In this document: positions 19,499 through 29,844 of the stretch, in pieces
How positions within the stretch are numbered: the first letter of the stretch is position 1
Layout: each line of letters begins with the position of its first letter
NCBI GenBank assembly: GCA_052390495.1
Contig: JBQTGW010000240.1
Coordinates: 33,232 to 97,231 of the forward strand
Length of the DNA: 64,000 nucleotides
Direction: 5' to 3'
Origin: Pseudonocardiales bacterium
Lineage (GTDB): Bacteria > Actinomycetota > Actinomycetes > Mycobacteriales > Pseudonocardiaceae
The notes under the pieces: model-generated
Told to the model about the DNA's origin: nothing
Database searches by the model: none
The model's input: the letters and a program-made list of their open reading frames with translations, nothing else
Position numbers and translations under genes: made by a program

Positions 19499-21156
19499 CA
19501 TCCAATGTGACGCCGAAGCTACGGGACGCCGCCATGCGATGGATCGCCGACGACGTCGATACCGGTGACCGGGCCGAGCTGCAGCTGATACTCGCATCCG
19601 CACTCGCCGGGGACGCCGCCGCGGCGGACGAACTGGCGACCCGGATGGCCGGGCCGCTGCGCTTCGGCACCGCCGGGCTCCGCGGACCGCTGCGAGCCGG
19701 GCCCGCCGGAATGAACCGCGCGGTGGTGCTGCGCATGTCCGCCGGGCTGGCGAAGTGGCTGGCCGGGCAGGGCCGCACCGGGACCGTCGTCATCGGCCGG
19801 GACGCGCGGCACCGTTCCGAGGAGTTCGCCGCCGACGCTGCCGGGGTGTTCGGTGCTGCCGGGTTCGACACCGTGGCGCTGCCCGGGCCGCTGCCGACCC
19901 CGGTGCTCGCGTTCGTCGCCCGCAGGCTGGGCGCGATGGCCGGCGTGCAGATCACCGCCTCGCACAACCCGGCAGGGGACAACGGCTACAAGGTCTACAC
20001 CGAAGGCGGCATCCAGATCGCACCACCCACCGACGCTGGCATCGAGGCCGCGATCGCCGCCGCACCCCCCGCGGTGGCGGTGCCCAGGGACGGTCCGGTG
20101 CGGGTCGTCGACGTGCTGGAGGCATACCTGCAACGCGTGGCGGATCTGCCCCGCGGGACCGCTCGCACCGTGCGGGTGGTGGCCACGCCGCTGCATGGCG
20201 TCGGGGGATCGGTGCTGGTGGCGGCGCTGGCGCGGGCCGGCTTCAGCGACGTCCACCTGGTCGCCGAACAGGCCGAGCCGGACCCCACGTTCCCGACGGT
20301 CAGCTTCCCCAACCCGGAAGAGCCCGGCGCCACCGACGCGCTGCTCGCGCTGGCCGCCGAACTCGACGCCGATCTCGCGATCGCACTGGATCCCGACGCC
20401 GACCGGTGTGCCGTGGGCACCCGTGGCCAGGACGGAACCTGGCGGATGCTGCGCGGTGATGAGACCGGGGTGCTGCTCGCCGAGCACCTGCTCAGCACAC
20501 TGGACCGGCCCAACCCGCTGGTCGCCACGTCCCTCGTCTCCAGTAGCCTGCTCCAGTCGGTCGCAGCGGCACACGGTGCCAGGTACGCAGAGACCCGGAC
20601 CGGCTTCAAGTGGTTGATGCGCGCGGGTGATCGGCTGGTCTACGCCTACGAGGAAGCGCTCGGGTACTGCGTGGACCCCGAGGCGGTGCGCGACAAGGAC
20701 GGCATCTCGGCCGCAGTGCTGGCCTGCGATCTGGCGGCTACCACCCGGGCCGCCGGGCACACGCTGGACGACCTGCTCGACGCGCTCGCCGTCCGCCACG
20801 GTGTGCACCACACCGACCAGGTGTCGATCCGGCTGCCCGACCACGCCACAGTGGCCGCGGCGATGGCCCAGCTGCGCGCCCGGCCACCCGCCGATCTCGA
20901 CGGCTGCCCAGTACAGTTCAAGGACCTGTTGCACCACCCGCAACAGCCCGACAACACCCTCGTACTGCGCGGTGACGGATTCCGGGTGATGGTGCGGCCC
21001 TCGGGCACTGAGCCCAAGCTCAAGGCGTACCTGCAAGTCATAGAACCGGTGCCTGCGCCCGACCAGCTGGCCACAGCCCAGGAGACCGCACGACAGCGGC
21101 TCGCCGCCCTACGCGAAACCACGTCCACAGCGTTGAGCGGGGGGTGGTGCGCATGA
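19495..21156 (+). CDS. phospho-sugar mutase (phosphomannomutase/phosphoglucomutase family, PmmB-like)
   Basis: This lies inside track ORF 18577..21156. The ATG at 19495 forms an ATGA overlap with the punA stop. The active-site motif is [15 protein letters not shown] and the Mg loop is ALDPDADR. Confidence 0.9.
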   Translation: MTSNVTPKLRDAAMRWIADDVDTGDRAELQLILASALAGDAAAADELATRMAGPLRFGTAGLRGPLRAGPAGMNRAVVLRMSAGLAKWLAGQGRTGTVVIGRDARHRSEEFAADAAGVFGAAGFDTVALPGPLPTPVLAFVARRLGAMAGVQITASHNPAGDNGYKVYTEGGIQIAPPTDAGIEAAIAAAPPAVAVPRDGPVRVVDVLEAYLQRVADLPRGTARTVRVVATPLHGVGGSVLVAALARAGFSDVHLVAEQAEPDPTFPTVSFPNPEEPGATDALLALAAELDADLAIALDPDADRCAVGTRGQDGTWRMLRGDETGVLLAEHLLSTLDRPNPLVATSLVSSSLLQSVAAAHGARYAETRTGFKWLMRAGDRLVYAYEEALGYCVDPEAVRDKDGISAAVLACDLAATTRAAGHTLDDLLDALAVRHGVHHTDQVSIRLPDHATVAAAMAQLRARPPADLDGCPVQFKDLLHHPQQPDNTLVLRGDGFRVMVRPSGTEPKLKAYLQVIEPVPAPDQLATAQETARQRLAALRETTSTALSGGWCA

Positions 21157-22337
21157 CGCAGACATCGGTGAGCGTTGGGCAGCTGGAGGGGCTGCTGTCG
21201 GGTGAGGGGCGGGGGCTGCTGGAGCGGCTGTCGCGGGCGGATCCGACGGCCGTGGACTCGATACGGTTCGGCACCGTTCTACGTACCCAGTTCCGGCCGG
21301 AGCTGGTGGCTGCCGCGCTGAGCCAGCATGAGCTGCGCCGAGCGGCGGCGGGCAAGTTCAGCCGAGCCGGCCAGATGTTCTTCACCCGGCCCGGCCTGGA
21401 GCAGGCGTCCGCCGAATCGATCTCCCGCTACCGGGCACCCCGGTTCGCCGGCTGCGCCCGGCTGGCTGATCTGTGCACCGGAATCGGCGGTGACCTCATC
21501 GCGCTGGCCGACGGGCACGAGACGCTGGCCGTGGATCTCGATGAGGTGCATCTGCGGATGGCGGTGCTCAACGCGGAGGTCTACGGCAGCACCGCACGTG
21601 GCGTGCAGGCCGATGTGCGGTCAGTGGACCTCACCGGAATCGACGGGATATTCGTCGACCCGGCCCGACGCCTCGGCGGGCGGCGGCTGCGCACCGGCCA
21701 CAGCGAACCGCCGCTTCCGTGGTGCCTCGCCCTGGGGGCGGTCGTGCCAGCGGTGGGTATCAAGCTGGCTCCCGGACTGGCCCGCGACGCCGTGTCCGCA
21801 GGCTGGGAGCTGGAGTTCATCGCTGACCGGCGCGACCTGAAAGAGGCCGTCGCGTGGTCTCCCGCGCTGGCCACCGCCACCCGCCGGGCCACGCTCTTAC
21901 CCGGTGGGCACACCCTGACGACCAGCGCGGGCCCACCGGTGCCCGCCGGCCCGCCCGGTGAGTTCCTGCTCGACCCCAACCCGGCGGTCACCCGCGCCGG
22001 TCTGGTCGAGGAACTGGCCAGGGCCACCGGCTGCTGGAAGATCGACGACCAGATCGCCTTCCTGTCCACCGACCACCCGGTGCGCACCCCGTTCGCCCGA
22101 ACCCTGCAAGTGATCGAGTCCGCCCCGTGGAAGGAGAAACTGCTCACTACCCGGTTGCGGGCGCTGGACATCGGTTCGGTCCACATCCGCCGTCGCGGCC
22201 TCGCAGGCAACGTCGAGGAGTTACACCGCAGGCTGAAACTGACCGGAACCCGACGTGCCACCCTGGTCATGACCCGCCTGCTCGACAAGCCCTGGAGCCT
22301 GGTGTGCCTGGACCTGACCGACGCAGAACACTGCTGA
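21153..22337 (+). CDS. class I SAM-dependent methyltransferase with a THUMP-like C-terminal region
   Basis: The SAM motif is LADLCTGIGGDLIALA. There is an ATGA overlap with the mutase stop at 21153-21156. Confidence 0.6.
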   Translation: MTQTSVSVGQLEGLLSGEGRGLLERLSRADPTAVDSIRFGTVLRTQFRPELVAAALSQHELRRAAAGKFSRAGQMFFTRPGLEQASAESISRYRAPRFAGCARLADLCTGIGGDLIALADGHETLAVDLDEVHLRMAVLNAEVYGSTARGVQADVRSVDLTGIDGIFVDPARRLGGRRLRTGHSEPPLPWCLALGAVVPAVGIKLAPGLARDAVSAGWELEFIADRRDLKEAVAWSPALATATRRATLLPGGHTLTTSAGPPVPAGPPGEFLLDPNPAVTRAGLVEELARATGCWKIDDQIAFLSTDHPVRTPFARTLQVIESAPWKEKLLTTRLRALDIGSVHIRRRGLAGNVEELHRRLKLTGTRRATLVMTRLLDKPWSLVCLDLTDAEHC

Positions 22338-22774
22338 TCGTCCACCACACGCCCTCCCCCACCTTGCAGGCGATGTTCGAGGCAGTGCTCGCGGGCGCTA
22401 TGACCGACGAGATCGAGGGCGTCGACGTAGTGCGCCGCCCGGCGCTGGCCGCTACCGCGGTGGACGTACTGGCCGCCGACGGCTACCTGCTGGGCACCCC
22501 AGCGAACATCGGCTACATGTCGGGGGCGCTCAAGCACTTCTTCGACAGCGTTTACTACCCGTGCCTGGACGCCACCTCGGGCCGGCCCTACGGGCTCTAC
22601 GTGCACGGCGGCAATGACACGTCGGGGGCGGTTCGGGCCGTGCGGTCGATCACCAAGGGGATGGGCTGGCGCCCGGTGGCCGACCCGGTCGAGATCACCG
22701 GCGAACCCGACAAGGCGGGGCTGGCTGCCTGCTGGGAACTCGGCGCCACCACGGCCGCGATGCTGGCGCAATAG
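22304..22774 (+). CDS. flavodoxin-like / NAD(P)H-dependent FMN reductase-family protein
   Basis: LLIVHHTPSPTLQAMFEAV...LGTPANIGYMSGALKHFFDSVYY. The GTG start at 22304 is inferred; the upstream part of the track ORF overlaps the preceding gene. Confidence 0.55.
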   Translation: MPGPDRRRTLLIVHHTPSPTLQAMFEAVLAGAMTDEIEGVDVVRRPALAATAVDVLAADGYLLGTPANIGYMSGALKHFFDSVYYPCLDATSGRPYGLYVHGGNDTSGAVRAVRSITKGMGWRPVADPVEITGEPDKAGLAACWELGATTAAMLAQ

Positions 22775-22818
22775 CCGACAGCACAACCACCCAAGCCCGG
22801 CGAAGGGCCGGGCCTGCG

Positions 22819-23304
22819 TCAGGCCGAGCCGCGGCGCAGCCGTGCAGGCGCAGTGTCCGTGCTCTGACCGATCGGGACGTGCCGAGTTGCCGCGGCGAGC
22901 CCGAAGGGCGGCATGTTCACATAGATGCACTCGTGCCAGCCGGGCAGCACCTCGTAGGTCTCGTGCCAGATACCGACGGCGCCGCTGGCCCTGATCCGAC
23001 GATTGAACTCGCGCCACGCGGCCGCATGGGGCGCGTGCGAGTCGGACGCGAAGGCGACCAGTTCCTCGGTGCCACGCCAGTACTGCAACACCATGACGGT
23101 GCGCCCGCCGAACCACAGGTGATAACCGAGCATCCCGGATCCAGGATCAGCGGCCAGCTGCCGCAGCATCCGGGACATCGCGGTGAACACCGGCCACCAC
23201 TTGTCGACCCGCCACCACCGGTTGAACCGCATCCCGAGCAGGAACACCACCGCGCCCTGGGCATCCACCTCGGCCGTGTACCGGCCCGCCGCCACCTGCG
23301 CCAT
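22819..23304 (-). CDS. DUF4188-family protein
   Basis: 161 aa: VVFLLGMRFNRWWRVDKWWPV...VLQYWRGTEELVAFA...AAWREFNRRI..GIWHETYEV. It is divergent from a TetR gene. Confidence 0.65.
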   Translation of the reverse strand: MAQVAAGRYTAEVDAQGAVVFLLGMRFNRWWRVDKWWPVFTAMSRMLRQLAADPGSGMLGYHLWFGGRTVMVLQYWRGTEELVAFASDSHAPHAAAWREFNRRIRASGAVGIWHETYEVLPGWHECIYVNMPPFGLAAATRHVPIGQSTDTAPARLRRGSA

Positions 23305-23371
23305 CGTCGACGACCTCCTCGACAGTGTTTCGCAACACTGTTATAAAACACCGTTGCGATATGATCGTCAA

Positions 23372-23971
23372 GTGCCTCGACCGAAGCTGCACGACGACGC
23401 CCTGCGGGTCCGGCTGCTGGACATCGCGGGCGCGATGGTCACCGCAGGGGGACCGAACGCGCTGAGTCTGCGCAAGCTCGCCGCCGAGGCGGGCACCTCG
23501 ACCACAGCGGTGTACTCACTGTTCGGCGGCAAGGCAGAGGTGTTGCGCGCGCTGTTCGTCGAGGCATTCACCCGGTTCGGCGCCCACCAGAACGCGGTGA
23601 CACCCTCAGCCGATCCACTGGCCGACATCCTGGCGCTCGGACGCGCCTACCGGGCCAGCGCCACCACCGACCCACACCTGTATGCGGTGATGTTCGGCTT
23701 ACCGGCACACGGGTTCGATCCCACCCCGCAGGACTGGGAACACGCCGAGGCCACCTTCACCCCACTGCTCGACGCGGTCCGCAGGGCCGTCGCGGCGGGT
23801 TTGCTGCGCGACGTCGACCCCGGCCTCATCGCCACCGCACTGTGGGCGAACGTGCACGGACTGGTATCGCTGGAGCTCGGCCGAGCGCTACCGCCCCAGG
23901 CCGGAGCCCCCGCCGACATATTCGAAGCCGCTGCCCGCGCCGGCCTCGACGGCTGGCGGACGAACCGCTGA
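23372..23971 (+). CDS. TetR-family transcriptional regulator
   Basis: The HTH is LSLRKLAAEAGTSTTAVYSLFGGK. The GTG at 23372 is chosen as start; the track ORF starts at 23183. Confidence 0.85.
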   Translation: MPRPKLHDDALRVRLLDIAGAMVTAGGPNALSLRKLAAEAGTSTTAVYSLFGGKAEVLRALFVEAFTRFGAHQNAVTPSADPLADILALGRAYRASATTDPHLYAVMFGLPAHGFDPTPQDWEHAEATFTPLLDAVRRAVAAGLLRDVDPGLIATALWANVHGLVSLELGRALPPQAGAPADIFEAAARAGLDGWRTNR

Positions 23972-24009
23972 CCGGCGATAGTGCCGTCAGTGGTGCGGTC
24001 ACGCCGACA

Positions 24010-24420
24010 CTAGTCCGCCAGTGCCCGCTCGATCACAATGCGGTTGTACTCGTCGACGCCCGAGGAATCCAGGTCGTCCACGGGGTGCCACTTATAGTCG
24101 TCGTGCTCATCGGACAGAACTACGGTGTCGGTGTCCACGCTCATCAGAAAGCTCAGTTGGACGTTGTGGCAGTCCTGGTCCTGATAGTTCGACAGGAAAA
24201 AGCTGTGGCCCACCAGCTTCTCGACCTTCCCGCACAGACCGGCCTCCTCCGCCAGTTCGCGCACCGCCGCGTCCTCAGCATTCTCACCGAAGTTAAGCTT
24301 CCCACACGGAACACCCCAGGTGCCGGGCAGGAACCTCTGGAGTTCACTTCGCCGCAGGAGCAGCACTCGGCCGCCGCAAATCACCACGGCCGCCGCGAAT
24401 ACGCGGAAGGTCCTGGACAT
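24010..24420 (-). CDS. NUDIX hydrolase
   Basis: 136 aa with the Nudix box GKLNFGENAEDAAVRELAEEAGL. Confidence 0.85.
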   Translation of the reverse strand: MSRTFRVFAAAVVICGGRVLLLRRSELQRFLPGTWGVPCGKLNFGENAEDAAVRELAEEAGLCGKVEKLVGHSFFLSNYQDQDCHNVQLSFLMSVDTDTVVLSDEHDDYKWHPVDDLDSSGVDEYNRIVIERALAD

Positions 24421-24460
24421 GTCAGCTCCTATACCGACTCTTCATGATCGCATCGAAACC

Positions 24461-25183
24461 CTAGCCCAACGCGTTCGCGAGCCGTTCCAGGCCGGCGCGG
24501 CAGTCCTCGGTTGAGATCGGGGTCCTCCCTTGCACCTTCGGCGGTGGCACGGTCACGTCGGGGATCAGCACCGTGGTCGATGCGCGGGTCGCCGCCGTCT
24601 CAATGAACAGTGTTGAGATCAGCTTGCCCGGAGCCGCGGCAACCCGGTGCAGTACATCGGAATCCAGATAGTACGAACTGCCCGTAGACAGGGTCATGGC
24701 CAGCTCCAATTTGGTGCCGACCGGGCCGACCTCGTGCAACCGCCAGGCCAGGCTACCTGGGTCCGAGAACTCATCGAACCGAACCATGTCGCGCCGGGAT
24801 GTGTCGAGCCGGTGGATCTCGACGTCCAGCTCTCCGGTAAGTACGGTGGACACGAACGAAAATCGGTGATTATGCACGTGTTCCACGCCGTAGCGATGGT
24901 CGGGTGACCACACGTGCAGGCGCACCTGGAACAATGGCTGCTGGGACACCAAGACGAACTTGTCGAAACCCAACGCATGCCGGTAAGAGCGCGGTGTCAC
25001 CTCACAGGCCAGGAAGTCCTGGTCCGCCAACACTTCTCGCAGGACCTCGGCGAACCTAGTGGATTCACTGAACTCCGCACCGATCTCCTTGAGGCGGTCG
25101 GCGGCGCCGATCTCCGCGCTGATCCGGTCACGTAACCGCGCCAGCGCGGGCGGCAGAACGCGGTTGGGTTCGAGGTCGCGCAT
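24461..25183 (-). CDS. hypothetical protein, cupin-like (cysteine-dioxygenase-type fold suspected)
   Basis: 240 aa. The His-rich beta-barrel-like core is LHVWSPDHRYGVEHVHNHRFSFVSTVLTGELDVEI. The start codon abuts the stop of the upstream EEP gene at 25183/25184. Confidence 0.35.
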   Translation of the reverse strand: MRDLEPNRVLPPALARLRDRISAEIGAADRLKEIGAEFSESTRFAEVLREVLADQDFLACEVTPRSYRHALGFDKFVLVSQQPLFQVRLHVWSPDHRYGVEHVHNHRFSFVSTVLTGELDVEIHRLDTSRRDMVRFDEFSDPGSLAWRLHEVGPVGTKLELAMTLSTGSSYYLDSDVLHRVAAAPGKLISTLFIETAATRASTTVLIPDVTVPPPKVQGRTPISTEDCRAGLERLANALG

Positions 25184-25921
25184 TCACAACACCAGCCTGG
25201 CCAGGCACAGCAGGTGGTCGGAGAAGTTCGCCAGCACCTTGGTGCCGGTACTCCGAAAATGCTTGGACACGAGTACGTCGTCGACCGACATTCCCTTGTA
25301 GGTCGGCACGCCCGGGAATACCTGCGTCAGTGCGAGATCGCCCGCATCCAGAAAAAGTCTGCGGTTCGAGGCGTTGAAGTCGCCACACACCACGAGCGGT
25401 TCGCCTGCGAACGGTACGATAGTCGACGCGATGTCCTCCCATACTCGGCGGAACTTCTCGTCCTCGGCATCGCGGTCGAACAAGTGATAGGGCACGGCGT
25501 GCAGAGAGATCACGCGGAACGTGAACTCACTGGACCCCTGGACGGTCGCTGCGACGAACCCCTTGTCGTGCGAGGCGATCCGGTAACCTTGCAACGTCGT
25601 CGACAGGCCGGGGTTGAGGAATTCCCCTTCAGCCCGCACAGGTAGTGGGAATCGGCTCGCGATCGCCACGCCCGCACGGTGGCCGTCGAAATAGGACGAC
25701 GGGGACAGCGCTCTGGCCACGTGGTAGACCAGACCGGTCCGCGCCGCGACATGCCGGAGCGTGGCCGAGTCGCCGACCGGGCTGAAGTCAACCTCTTGCA
25801 TGGCCAATACGTCGATACCGTAGTCGAGCACCGTCGCAACGAGCTCCTCGCGGGCGTACTCGACGTCCTTGGTCGACGCGACCGGAAGCGCCTCCCTGAT
25901 GTTCCAGCTCGCTACCGTCAC
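25184..25921 (-). CDS. endonuclease/exonuclease/phosphatase (EEP) family protein
   Basis: Motifs are VASWNIRE, VLAMQEVDF, VVCGDFNASN and FSDHLLCLA. The GTG at 25921 gives a GTGA overlap with the upstream gene's stop; the track ORF starts at 26038. Confidence 0.8.
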   Translation of the reverse strand: MTVASWNIREALPVASTKDVEYAREELVATVLDYGIDVLAMQEVDFSPVGDSATLRHVAARTGLVYHVARALSPSSYFDGHRAGVAIASRFPLPVRAEGEFLNPGLSTTLQGYRIASHDKGFVAATVQGSSEFTFRVISLHAVPYHLFDRDAEDEKFRRVWEDIASTIVPFAGEPLVVCGDFNASNRRLFLDAGDLALTQVFPGVPTYKGMSVDDVLVSKHFRSTGTKVLANFSDHLLCLARLVL

Positions 25922-27261
25922 GGAGGCCACGGAAGGCACCTCAGCGTGTACTCGGTCAGCGTCGCCACGCCCTGATAGGTCATCCACAGCGGCTCCTGGT
26001 CGTCCCACTTCCAAATACCCTTCTGTTGTTGCCTGCACACGATTCCTACGGCGGTACGGAGATGCTCTTCGTTCTGCGGCAGGCCTGCGGCCATCAGTGC
26101 CCTTGCCACCCAGGCAGCGGTGAAACTGCCGATTACCAGGACATCGGCCCGATCGCCCTGCAGCGGCCTGCGCACCTGTTCTTCGGTGTTGCGGAGCCGG
26201 TCAGCGAAACCAGCCTGGTCATTGGGCGCACGCAGCCACCGAACAGCCTTGTCTACCAACTCCTCCAGGTCGGGCTGCGGAGTCTGCGCCGCAGCGATCA
26301 CCCGCGTCAACGCGCACACCGCGCGGGCGGTATGCGCGACGGAGCGTTGTGAGCGGGGTTGGAGGGTCGCACCCCAGGCCACGGTCCCTGCACGCTCGTC
26401 AACCTGCGTCGCGCCTTGGACCAGGCGCCCGACCAGGTCGTCGAGACGCCCTGACTGTGGTGCGAGTTCCGCGAGGGTACTCACCACGCCGGTGACCACG
26501 CTCGTGTTGCTGGCGCCGATCTGGTCGGTGGCGGGGTCAAGCATCGACTCCAGCAGCGTGATCAGGTCGCGCTTCGTCGTCAAATCTAGTCCGGCCCGCG
26601 CCGCGCTAGCCAGTACCCAGGCGGTTGATTCGGGGCGTGCGATATCGCGCTGCGAACTGGCGCACCAGCCGCCTCCAGGCTGCTGGCGGTGCCGCAAGGT
26701 CTCGACCAGGCGGGCACGGTCCACCCGCGCGTCGTAGATACCCAACAGGTTGACCAGGCGCAGGCCGTAGGACGTGCCGATGGCGGTCGGCGGAACTGCG
26801 GCACCGAAGTACTGGGACCAGCCGAGCAGGCTGCTGCCGTCTTCCTCCAGGTCGCACACGTCTGCCAAGAGTGCGTGACGGGTACCCGTGAGGATTTCCG
26901 CGACTGTCTCTGTCGCCTCCTCTGTTTCGTCGGCGACAGTCATTTCCACCTCGTCGGCGCGCCGCTGGACCAGCCGCTGCCCGAGCAGTCGCAACGACAG
27001 GCCCAGCAAAAGCGCGCACACACCGCAGAAGACGAAGCGCAGCCAGGAGGTGGTAAACAGACTCTCCGGCACGTGGTCGACGAGCAGTCCGTAGGCGGTC
27101 AGCACGACGACAAAGGGACCGATAGACACCAGCGCGTCGAGCACTCGCTGAACCCGCGGCGACCAGGTCATCGGCCGAATGGGCAGCGCGACGTCAGTGG
27201 GGAGCGACCGCGTCGAGCCGGCCTCCAACGGCGACGGTCCGGTTCGTTCGGTACCAGCCAC
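25918..27261 (-). CDS. membrane protein: N-terminal 2-TM region plus a prenyltransferase/terpene-cyclase-like alpha/alpha-toroid repeat domain
   Basis: 447 aa with TM helices IGPFVVVLTAYGLLV and FVFCGVCALLLGLSL. Repeats of the type QQPGGGWCASSQRDIARPESTAWVLASAARAG, GTVAWGATLQP..VAHTARAVCAL and QQQKGIWKWDD..WMTYQGVATL are present. Confidence 0.45.
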   Translation of the reverse strand: MAGTERTGPSPLEAGSTRSLPTDVALPIRPMTWSPRVQRVLDALVSIGPFVVVLTAYGLLVDHVPESLFTTSWLRFVFCGVCALLLGLSLRLLGQRLVQRRADEVEMTVADETEEATETVAEILTGTRHALLADVCDLEEDGSSLLGWSQYFGAAVPPTAIGTSYGLRLVNLLGIYDARVDRARLVETLRHRQQPGGGWCASSQRDIARPESTAWVLASAARAGLDLTTKRDLITLLESMLDPATDQIGASNTSVVTGVVSTLAELAPQSGRLDDLVGRLVQGATQVDERAGTVAWGATLQPRSQRSVAHTARAVCALTRVIAAAQTPQPDLEELVDKAVRWLRAPNDQAGFADRLRNTEEQVRRPLQGDRADVLVIGSFTAAWVARALMAAGLPQNEEHLRTAVGIVCRQQQKGIWKWDDQEPLWMTYQGVATLTEYTLRCLPWPP

Positions 27262-27378
27262 GGCAACTCGATTCGGCAGGTGGGCACGACGCTCGAAGCG
27301 CTACGGCTATCGGGCACGCGTCGAACTTTGCTACCCGAGGCTAGTGTGCGCTAATGGCTCGCGCCGAGCTGCTTGGCA

Positions 27379-29190
27379 GTAAGTATTCGGAAGTGTTGTG
27401 CCTGCGGGCGTGCGGATTCGCGGCGTGGCCGTCGTTCTCAGGGACGGGTATGCCGTAGGGCGGTGGATGGGGTATCAGCCGGGGCGGGGCGGCCGGCTCC
27501 AGGTATCGAGGTCAGTGGAGGTTCCGTTCCAGGGCAGGAAGCGTTCCAGTTCCGGCCCGGACAGTGGCTTGCCGCCGTTGCGGCCACAGGCGTCTAGGTA
27601 TGCGGTGAGGTAGGTGAGCACGTTCAGCCCGGCCATCTCGGCGGTGGCGGTGACGGTCCAGATCCTGGCAGCTAGCCGGGCCGCGTCGTCCTTGCGTGAG
27701 CCGTAGGCGTTCTTGCGGGTCAGGACAGGCCTGCGGAGCGCGCGTTCGGCGGCGTTGTTGTCCAGGCTGATCATCGGGTAGTCGCGGTGTGCGACCAGCC
27801 CATCCCATTCCCGGTCCAGCGTCGCGAGCGCCTTCTTCGCGGGCTCTTGCAGGCCCGGGGCGGCCATCTGCTGGGTGCGGGCAGCATCGATCGCGCCGAT
27901 CGTCTCGTCCCAGGCCTGGTACGCCTGCTCCAGCCGGGCGGCGCTCTGGCTGTCCTGGGCGCTGGGCGCCTGTGCCCAGGCGGTCATCAGCTGCTCGTGC
28001 GCGCCATACAGGGCCTTGATCCGCTCCAGCCAGGCTGTGGTCCAGTACGTGAGCTGATCTGGGTTCGCGTCCCCCGCCCGCACGAAGTACCGCCGGATGT
28101 GAGCCCAGCAGTAAAGGTTGACCAGGCCCTCTAGCCTTGGCTCCCGCCGAGGTGTACACCGGGTAGAAGCCGCTGGAGATGACCAGCTTGCGTGGCCCGC
28201 CGTCGTCTGCTGTCCCGGCGAGTTGCCCGGTTCCGGCGTCGATGCCGGCGTGGCGGGCCAGCACGCCACCGGCCCGGGTGGGGTCCATCACCAAGCAGGT
28301 CGTGTCCGGGCCGATGAACACCCAGAGCCACCAGCGGGCCGGGCCGCCACCCTCGCGCGGGGCGAACACGCGCCAGGATGTCTCATCGGCGTGCAGGTGC
28401 CACGAGGACCGCGACCGCGCGGTGATCGCCTCCTCCAGCCCGGCCAGCAGTGAGTGCAGGCTGCGCCCGGCCACCTACCGCTCACACCATGCCTGCGCGA
28501 TGAACCCGTTGGACAGCAGGCCCTCACCGATCGCCTCCGGCGGCCCCGGCGCCATCACCGTGGCGGGCACCGGGCACCGGCATGAGCGCCGATACCGGCG
28601 CCGTCGGTGCACCACCAGCCCCACGATCACCTGCCAGCCGACCTGCTCGATGACGTGATCGCCGAGCACCGTGAACAGCTGCCCGCACCGCGGGCAGCAA
28701 TACGATCCATCCTCGAAGTCCCAGATGATCTCGAATCGGGGCAGATGCGAGTAGTCTCCCCTGCTGTTCCCCGCCCGGCCCCTCTTGCGCGGCGTGCCAC
28801 CGCCCGCGCCGTCCTGCCCGCCCTCTCCCTGCCCGGCGGGCTCCCGGCCCTTCACCGGGGACCGGCCGGACACCATCCGCTTCAGCACCGCCAACTCCGC
28901 GGCCATCTGCTCAAGCTCAACATCGCACTGCGCAAGACGCTCACGCAACCCGGCGTTCTCCCCGCTCAACTCCCCCACCAGCACCGCCAGCCGCCCGTTC
29001 GCCTCCAACGCCGGCGACAACCCATCCCTGAGCTGCGCGACAGCATCCCCCTCCGCAACCACCCCACCACCAGCCACAAACCGCAGCAAACACCCTCAGA
29101 CACCCACAATCACCCATCCCACCCGGCGTGTCACACCCTGAGCACCCCGCACGAGACAAACCCCGAACCACAAGACTTCCGACTATTTAC
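27379..29190 (-). mobile_element. IS66-family insertion sequence (1812 bp) with an inactivated transposase
   Basis: The terminal inverted repeats are 27379-27400 (gtaagtattcggaagtgttgtg) and the reverse complement of 29169-29190 (gtaaatagtcggaagtcttgtg), matching at 19 of 22 positions. As I recall, a GTAAG.. terminus is typical of IS66. I found no clean target-site duplication. Confidence 0.7.
27475..29089 (-). pseudogene. IS66-family transposase, disrupted by an in-frame TAG and a frameshift
   Basis: The N-terminal leucine zipper and zinc finger (YCCPRCGQ) are in ORF 28475..29089. That ORF ends at TAG 28475-28477 and continues in the same frame as 27512..28474. The C-terminal catalytic part (NLYCWAHIRRYF) is in another frame (27475..28269), with the shift near 28140. 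Confidence 0.8.
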
Positions 29191-29434
29191 CTCTGGCCAG
29201 CGACACGAGTTCGCGGCTGCGTTCGGCGTCGGCGTCCAGCGCGTAGACGATGAGTTCGACGTCGGTGATGCTGGGGATGATGCGCCCGGTCTCTATCCGG
29301 GAGATCTTGGTCTGGCTCATGTAGACCCGGGCCGCGAGGGCGTGCCCGGACAGGCCAGCGGCCCTACGCAGGTCACGCAGCGCCGACGACAGCTCCAGCC
29401 GGTCCGCTTCGGACCATTCAGGATCGAGCATCAA
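29183..29434 (-). pseudogene. XRE-family HTH regulator truncated by the IS66 insertion
   Basis: The 83-aa ORF carries the HTH LSGHALAARVYMSQTKISRIETG. The last codons (..G K stop) are supplied by the IS terminal repeat, since the IS end at 29190 falls inside the Gly codon. No continuation of the gene exists on the far side of the IS. Confidence 0.65.
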
Positions 29435-29844
29435 TAGCCGGTGATAGCCCGGTAGGTAAAGAACGGGATAGCGTGCCGCAGGGCGATCTCACGGTCCTCC
29501 TCGCTGATCAGCTTGCGTACCAGGATAGCTCGGCGTGGTGGCCACGGACAAGCGCTCAGCGGGTCTATTCGCGTTCTCGCATAGTGCGGTCGAGGCGTGG
29601 GCTCTATGCGCGTTCCGGCATCACGATAGTGTGCTGGAAGGCTTGCGTACCTGTGCTTATCAGAGTTGTGTTCTCCCGTCGCTCCGGTGCACTCGGTCTC
29701 CGAAGACGGTGCGCCGGAGCGGCTTCCAGATCTGGTGATTCATGGGGAAAGTGGGAATGCAGGCAACCATGCGACACTTCGGGCAGGCCAGGTATGCGAC
29801 GCAGGGCAGGCACAGCGACCCGCCTCGGGTAGCGGCGGCGTCAG

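Noticed and set aside
18577-21156. A single 859-aa ORF spanning punA and the phosphomutase.
   Set aside because: Its N-terminal 300 codons are an out-of-frame, Arg/Pro-rich read-through of punA. The conserved mutase sequence begins at the ATG at 19495, which is ATGA-coupled to the punA stop.
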